Shown here: positions 61,201 through 64,000 of the stretch, piece after piece
Layout of the letters: each line of letters opens with the position of its first letter
How positions within the stretch are numbered: position 1 is the stretch's first letter
Origin: Lachnospiraceae bacterium
GTDB taxonomy: Bacteria > Bacillota > Clostridia > Lachnospirales > Lachnospiraceae
Assembly: GCA_017523785.1 (NCBI GenBank)
Contig: JAFWVX010000025.1
Location: forward strand, 9,255 to 73,254
Direction: 5' to 3'
Length of the DNA stretch: 64,000 bases
Program-made: the position numbers and the translations under genes
Notes under the pieces: generated by a model
What the model saw: the letters and a program-made list of their open reading frames with translations, nothing else
What the model was told of the DNA's origin: nothing
Database searches by the model: none

Positions 61201-64000
61201 GCATGTGTTTAATATAAAGTTTAACAATATAAAAGCAACAAGGTCAAATGGAATACTAAATGGTGGAACGGGAACCAATTATGTGTCCAAAGTAGATTTT
61301 GAAGATATATTTGTATCAGAAAATGGTGGAGCAATTTGCATAGGAAATGAGTCTGCGGTGACAACTACAGCGATTAAGATTTTAGATACGAATTTTGAAA
61401 ACTGCACAGCTGATCAAAATGGTGGAGCAATCTATTTGCAAAATGTAAATGCACCTGCGGAAGATAAACCATTTAAGATTAGAAACTGTAACTTTAATAA
61501 TAACACCGCACTTATTGGTGGTGCGATTTATTTAAACGGAGTTGGCTTATTAAAGATTTCTAATTCGACATTTATTGGAAATGAATCATATAATAGTGGT
61601 GGTGCAATTGCAGTTCATGGAAACGAAAAACTCGCATCAAAAATTTATGTTGTAAAAGAGAAAGAATCTGATAGAAATACTGTATTTGAAGACAACGAAA
61701 CAGTATATAATGGAGGAGCTGTATCACTAAACGACTCTTATTACGACAATGAAACAAGAGGCAATAAAGGATTAAAGCAAGGAAATAGTATAGAGTTTAA
61801 TCTTGGTAATGTTGAATTTACAAGGAATATAGCTAATGGTGTTGTAAGTAATTATGGCGGAAAGAATTATAGATATAATTCATTTGGTGGAGCGATATAT
61901 TCAAAGGGAGCAAGTAAAATATATGCTGGTATTGGACCTGATTTAAATGTTAGTAAAAATGCAAAAGTTAACTTCATAAACAATGAAGCATCAAATGGTG
62001 GAGCAGTATTTACTTCAAGCTACAATATATTTGATTTGAGCCTTAGTAAGACAGAGATTTATCCAAATGCTTATGAAAATACATTTAGTCTTTACTATGG
62101 TGAGATGAGAGGAAATGGTTCAGCCAACAAATCAAGTTCAGACCCAGATGCTTGGAAGTATGTAAGCTGGGGTGGCGGAGCAATTTATGCATCAGGTAAG
62201 TCGGTTATAAATATTGAAAAGGGATATGAGCTTTCAAATAACGACGATGCAGTTTATGCTTGTGATGCAAAAATTAATATTGCAGGAACCATAACACAAA
62301 ATACTGGAAGATATGTTCTTGCTTATGCAAATGATAAATCAAATGAAATTAAGTTTAAAGATGGTGCGAATATAAAACTTAATTTCACACCAAATGCATC
62401 ATATGATAGTGACTATGTAGAATATTATGATGACCCAGCAACAAAAGAAAAAGAACCAAGTGTTCAACCTCATGACGAAGTTTATATGTGTGATGGACCA
62501 ACATTCAATGCCCTTATGACCAATAAAGGGATAACTGGTGTTAAGAATGCTGCGGTTAAGAAGGTTGCATGGACTAATACATTACCAACAACACAAGTAA
62601 TTGGTTATGAGTTAAATCCTTATCTTACATCAACAACAACTACAAAGCAAAATGATAAATATGGCATTGCAACAATTTCAGATATTATAAGTTTTGATGA
62701 TAGAGCTGTCCTTGCTTGGGTGGATTCGGATAAGACATTAAATTTATATTCAAAATACAAAGTAAATGTAGCCGACGGAAATCTTCAAGATATGTTTTAC
62801 GGCTTTACTAGTCTTGAGTCAATAGATTTTGGAAACTTCTCAAGTTCAGCATACAACTGGGACAATTTATACGGTATGTTTAGGGGATGTACGAAGCTTA
62901 AGAGTGTAGATTTATCTAATATAGAGTGGAGAGAGCGTCCAACTAAAATAAGAAGTATGTTTGATAGCTGTGAAGCTCTTACAAGTGTAAACTTATCAAG
63001 CATGATAACAAAGCACGAAAAGAATGGTAAAGTATATTATACAACAAGCTTGGAAAGAATGTTCTATTCATGTAAATCACTTACTGATCTTGATTTGAGT
63101 AATTTTGATACAACTGGTGTGACTGATATGTCACATACATTTGCATATACACCAGCACTTAAGAAATTAAATATATCAACCTGGGATACAAGTAACTGTC
63201 AATATATGGATGGATTCTTATTAGGCTCAGGACTAGAGAATGTTGATTTATCACACTTTGATGTATCAACAGTATCAAATATGCAAAGTATGTTTGCACA
63301 GTCAAAACTAAAAGTCATTGACTTATCAAACTGGAATATGAGAAGTGTGAAAGGCAGAACTAGTATAAATATGACAAGTATGTTTAATGGCTGTACTGAA
63401 TTAAAAACTATATATGTAACACCTGACTTTAAGTGTGATTTTAATAGTGCAACAGTATTTACTAATTCAACAAAGATAGTTGGAGGTAATGGAACAACTT
63501 ACAATTCAAGTAATGTGACAGGACAGTATCTTGCAGCATATGAAAAGGGAGCTACAGGTGTAGGTTATGCTACAAAAGTTGGTGAAGCATTAAGAAAACC
63601 ACTTCCTGTTAAAGCTGCAGAAGTAAAAGAAATTAAATTCAATGAAGAAAATAGAAATTATTATAACTGGGATTTTGTAAATAATAGATATAAATCAACT
63701 AAGTTAATATTTGACAGCAGTAATGTCAACATAACACAAAACTATGATTCGTCGACAGCTGATAAGTCAAAAGAGAGAAACATAAAACTGGATACTAAAA
63801 ATATGGAAATAGAGTTTGGTGATATTGATAAAGTTGCAACTACAAGTATAGGAATATTTGTAGATGAACCTGAGACTGCAATAATTGAAGACCTTACTCA
63901 ATATAATTTTAGATACTCATTAAATGATAGATTTAAGGCAGATGCAAATGGAGATGGTGATGAATTTGACGGATATCAATTCTATAGAAAAGGTGATATG
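58250..64000 (+). CDS. Second giant secreted surface protein (paralogous N-terminus, Pmp-type beta-helix, DUF285/BspA-like LRR), 3' end beyond window
   Basis: Not in the ORF track because no stop occurs before the window end. The frame from the ATG at 58250 is open for 1917 codons to nt 64000. It has a signal peptide MKKQFNFKRVIAITLVVANVFASTGFSVLANS, an acidic tract with VAT(D/E)SE repeats, HPICG...C.GH then YLCNC, GGAIY repeats, and repeated F..C..L..(V/I)DLS(N/H)(W/F)(D/N) units at ~62790-63430. Confidence 0.85.
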   Translation, partial: MKKQFNFKRVIAITLVVANVFASTGFSVLANSVANIVYDSAMNEKELKNYYYLYQEEKYRYEEQTRYYAEYNAEDNISDELKEKVKNRLDEALEQEGEVEETTSINDATLEEKNDEETNDENSLEDNDNIEEKEDEEEPEDDKTETSEEVVGENSEEESTTSAEETSIDETKEESEEESTTSTQETSEEETTEEVKEESTTATEESSETTVETTTISVETSTISETDIVEEEKVASESEVVVEEEKVATDSEVEHVEVATESEVENIATDSEAEVATDSEVEKATSSELEELVATKSIVVIATVPVVKWEIAKIYLTTYSEIDLAKEEGKDSDDYIKNKLAKAAKVLVKNNLGESKLLTIRIKWKLQKKIVIATRAEARTMPFKKSKWKKDFGVGKVNATTEIVKATSDKITVVDNLKEELQAAHGDEALVIIKVTTASILNDNFKVKTSVVELDENKVEEIKTQDETEAKVEAEETKETATETDTVAEIEIVEPTVAGFANSDVATDSDAEPESVEDTIEESSDVADVDDNAETEDNAENEEYAETNENVELDDNADTVVLDEATASEADSIATVSDAENIDDSSLYKDAAAGTTGTDEEGIKLDGNYDLSEMSVYTPDMEDLVNQVLNKLNGTDTEEVIEEEIIDDEINDDEDGGVLQSITNFFGNLFSNDSDEELEESEETEETATENNEEEDIVLEELKEINLSKLDNAKLDLKGAANEVELGELPLPEVEINKFDLFGSGYNEGHGSPTSTNRHPICGLEESTDGSTCTGHTIDGTTFYHDKLSGTNTSYRGIEVRLPDLAKKDASTVSVTTDMAVVIFKDAGKDNYTLNSSIKVEDGVNFYICTNGVDIVFASYSRIYGNGNIYLCNCMEDDASVSNRNVSHITTENDFTVYDRYGQKWPATMSRPNEQREDPLFSGQSVYIYGTDTANRCNIMFENIKIRGNFRNTIALEQMEDPTIVKNWSPYHGYGSLVDATTDLHVFNIKFNNIKATRSNGILNGGTGTNYVSKVDFEDIFVSENGGAICIGNESAVTTTAIKILDTNFENCTADQNGGAIYLQNVNAPAEDKPFKIRNCNFNNNTALIGGAIYLNGVGLLKISNSTFIGNESYNSGGAIAVHGNEKLASKIYVVKEKESDRNTVFEDNETVYNGGAVSLNDSYYDNETRGNKGLKQGNSIEFNLGNVEFTRNIANGVVSNYGGKNYRYNSFGGAIYSKGASKIYAGIGPDLNVSKNAKVNFINNEASNGGAVFTSSYNIFDLSLSKTEIYPNAYENTFSLYYGEMRGNGSANKSSSDPDAWKYVSWGGGAIYASGKSVINIEKGYELSNNDDAVYACDAKINIAGTITQNTGRYVLAYANDKSNEIKFKDGANIKLNFTPNASYDSDYVEYYDDPATKEKEPSVQPHDEVYMCDGPTFNALMTNKGITGVKNAAVKKVAWTNTLPTTQVIGYELNPYLTSTTTTKQNDKYGIATISDIISFDDRAVLAWVDSDKTLNLYSKYKVNVADGNLQDMFYGFTSLESIDFGNFSSSAYNWDNLYGMFRGCTKLKSVDLSNIEWRERPTKIRSMFDSCEALTSVNLSSMITKHEKNGKVYYTTSLERMFYSCKSLTDLDLSNFDTTGVTDMSHTFAYTPALKKLNISTWDTSNCQYMDGFLLGSGLENVDLSHFDVSTVSNMQSMFAQSKLKVIDLSNWNMRSVKGRTSINMTSMFNGCTELKTIYVTPDFKCDFNSATVFTNSTKIVGGNGTTYNSSNVTGQYLAAYEKGATGVGYATKVGEALRKPLPVKAAEVKEIKFNEENRNYYNWDFVNNRYKSTKLIFDSSNVNITQNYDSSTADKSKERNIKLDTKNMEIEFGDIDKVATTSIGIFVDEPETAIIEDLTQYNFRYSLNDRFKADANGDGDEFDGYQFYRKGDM

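Overview
Visibly AT-rich chromosomal segment of a low-GC Gram-positive (Firmicutes/Clostridia-like) bacterium; the species cannot be determined from the sequence alone. Supporting signs are lipobox signal peptides, a CIRCE operator, canonical parS, choline-binding-type cell-wall repeats and no outer-membrane anchors. Left to right: DUF6273-like secreted proteins; the partition locus mgtC-like, rsmG, parS, parA, parB, DUF4446; an accessory stretch at about 10.1-14.4 kb with an orphan structured RNA, small secreted or lipoprotein genes, a HigB/HigA-like TA pair and pseudogene debris; CIRCE-controlled hsp20; rsmA-ktrA-ktrB; a PBP5-like protein; pgi; a second accessory stretch at about 20.8-32.4 kb with an unknown 530-aa protein plus GNAT, a multi-zinc-ribbon nuclease-like protein, ParE/Phd and Doc/Phd TA modules and an iron/B12-type ABC importer carrying a frameshift; dtd; dnaX-recR-(degenerate AAA+)-cvpA; and a 4-tRNA operon. 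Two tandem giant secreted beta-helix surface-protein genes follow: 39417..58118 (6233 aa) and 58250..>64000 (at least 1917 aa, cut by the window). Main second-look items: (1) the giant modular proteins, whose modules each carry an uncharacterised Cys/His motif; (2) a GC-rich hairpin repeat family (GGGCTCGCAGTGCTCGCCCCTACA) inserted in frame six times inside rsmA and also present in intergenic DNA; (3) an about 200-nt three-way-junction RNA with its own promoter and terminator that I cannot assign to a known family. No CRISPR array, rRNA, integrase or transposase was seen.
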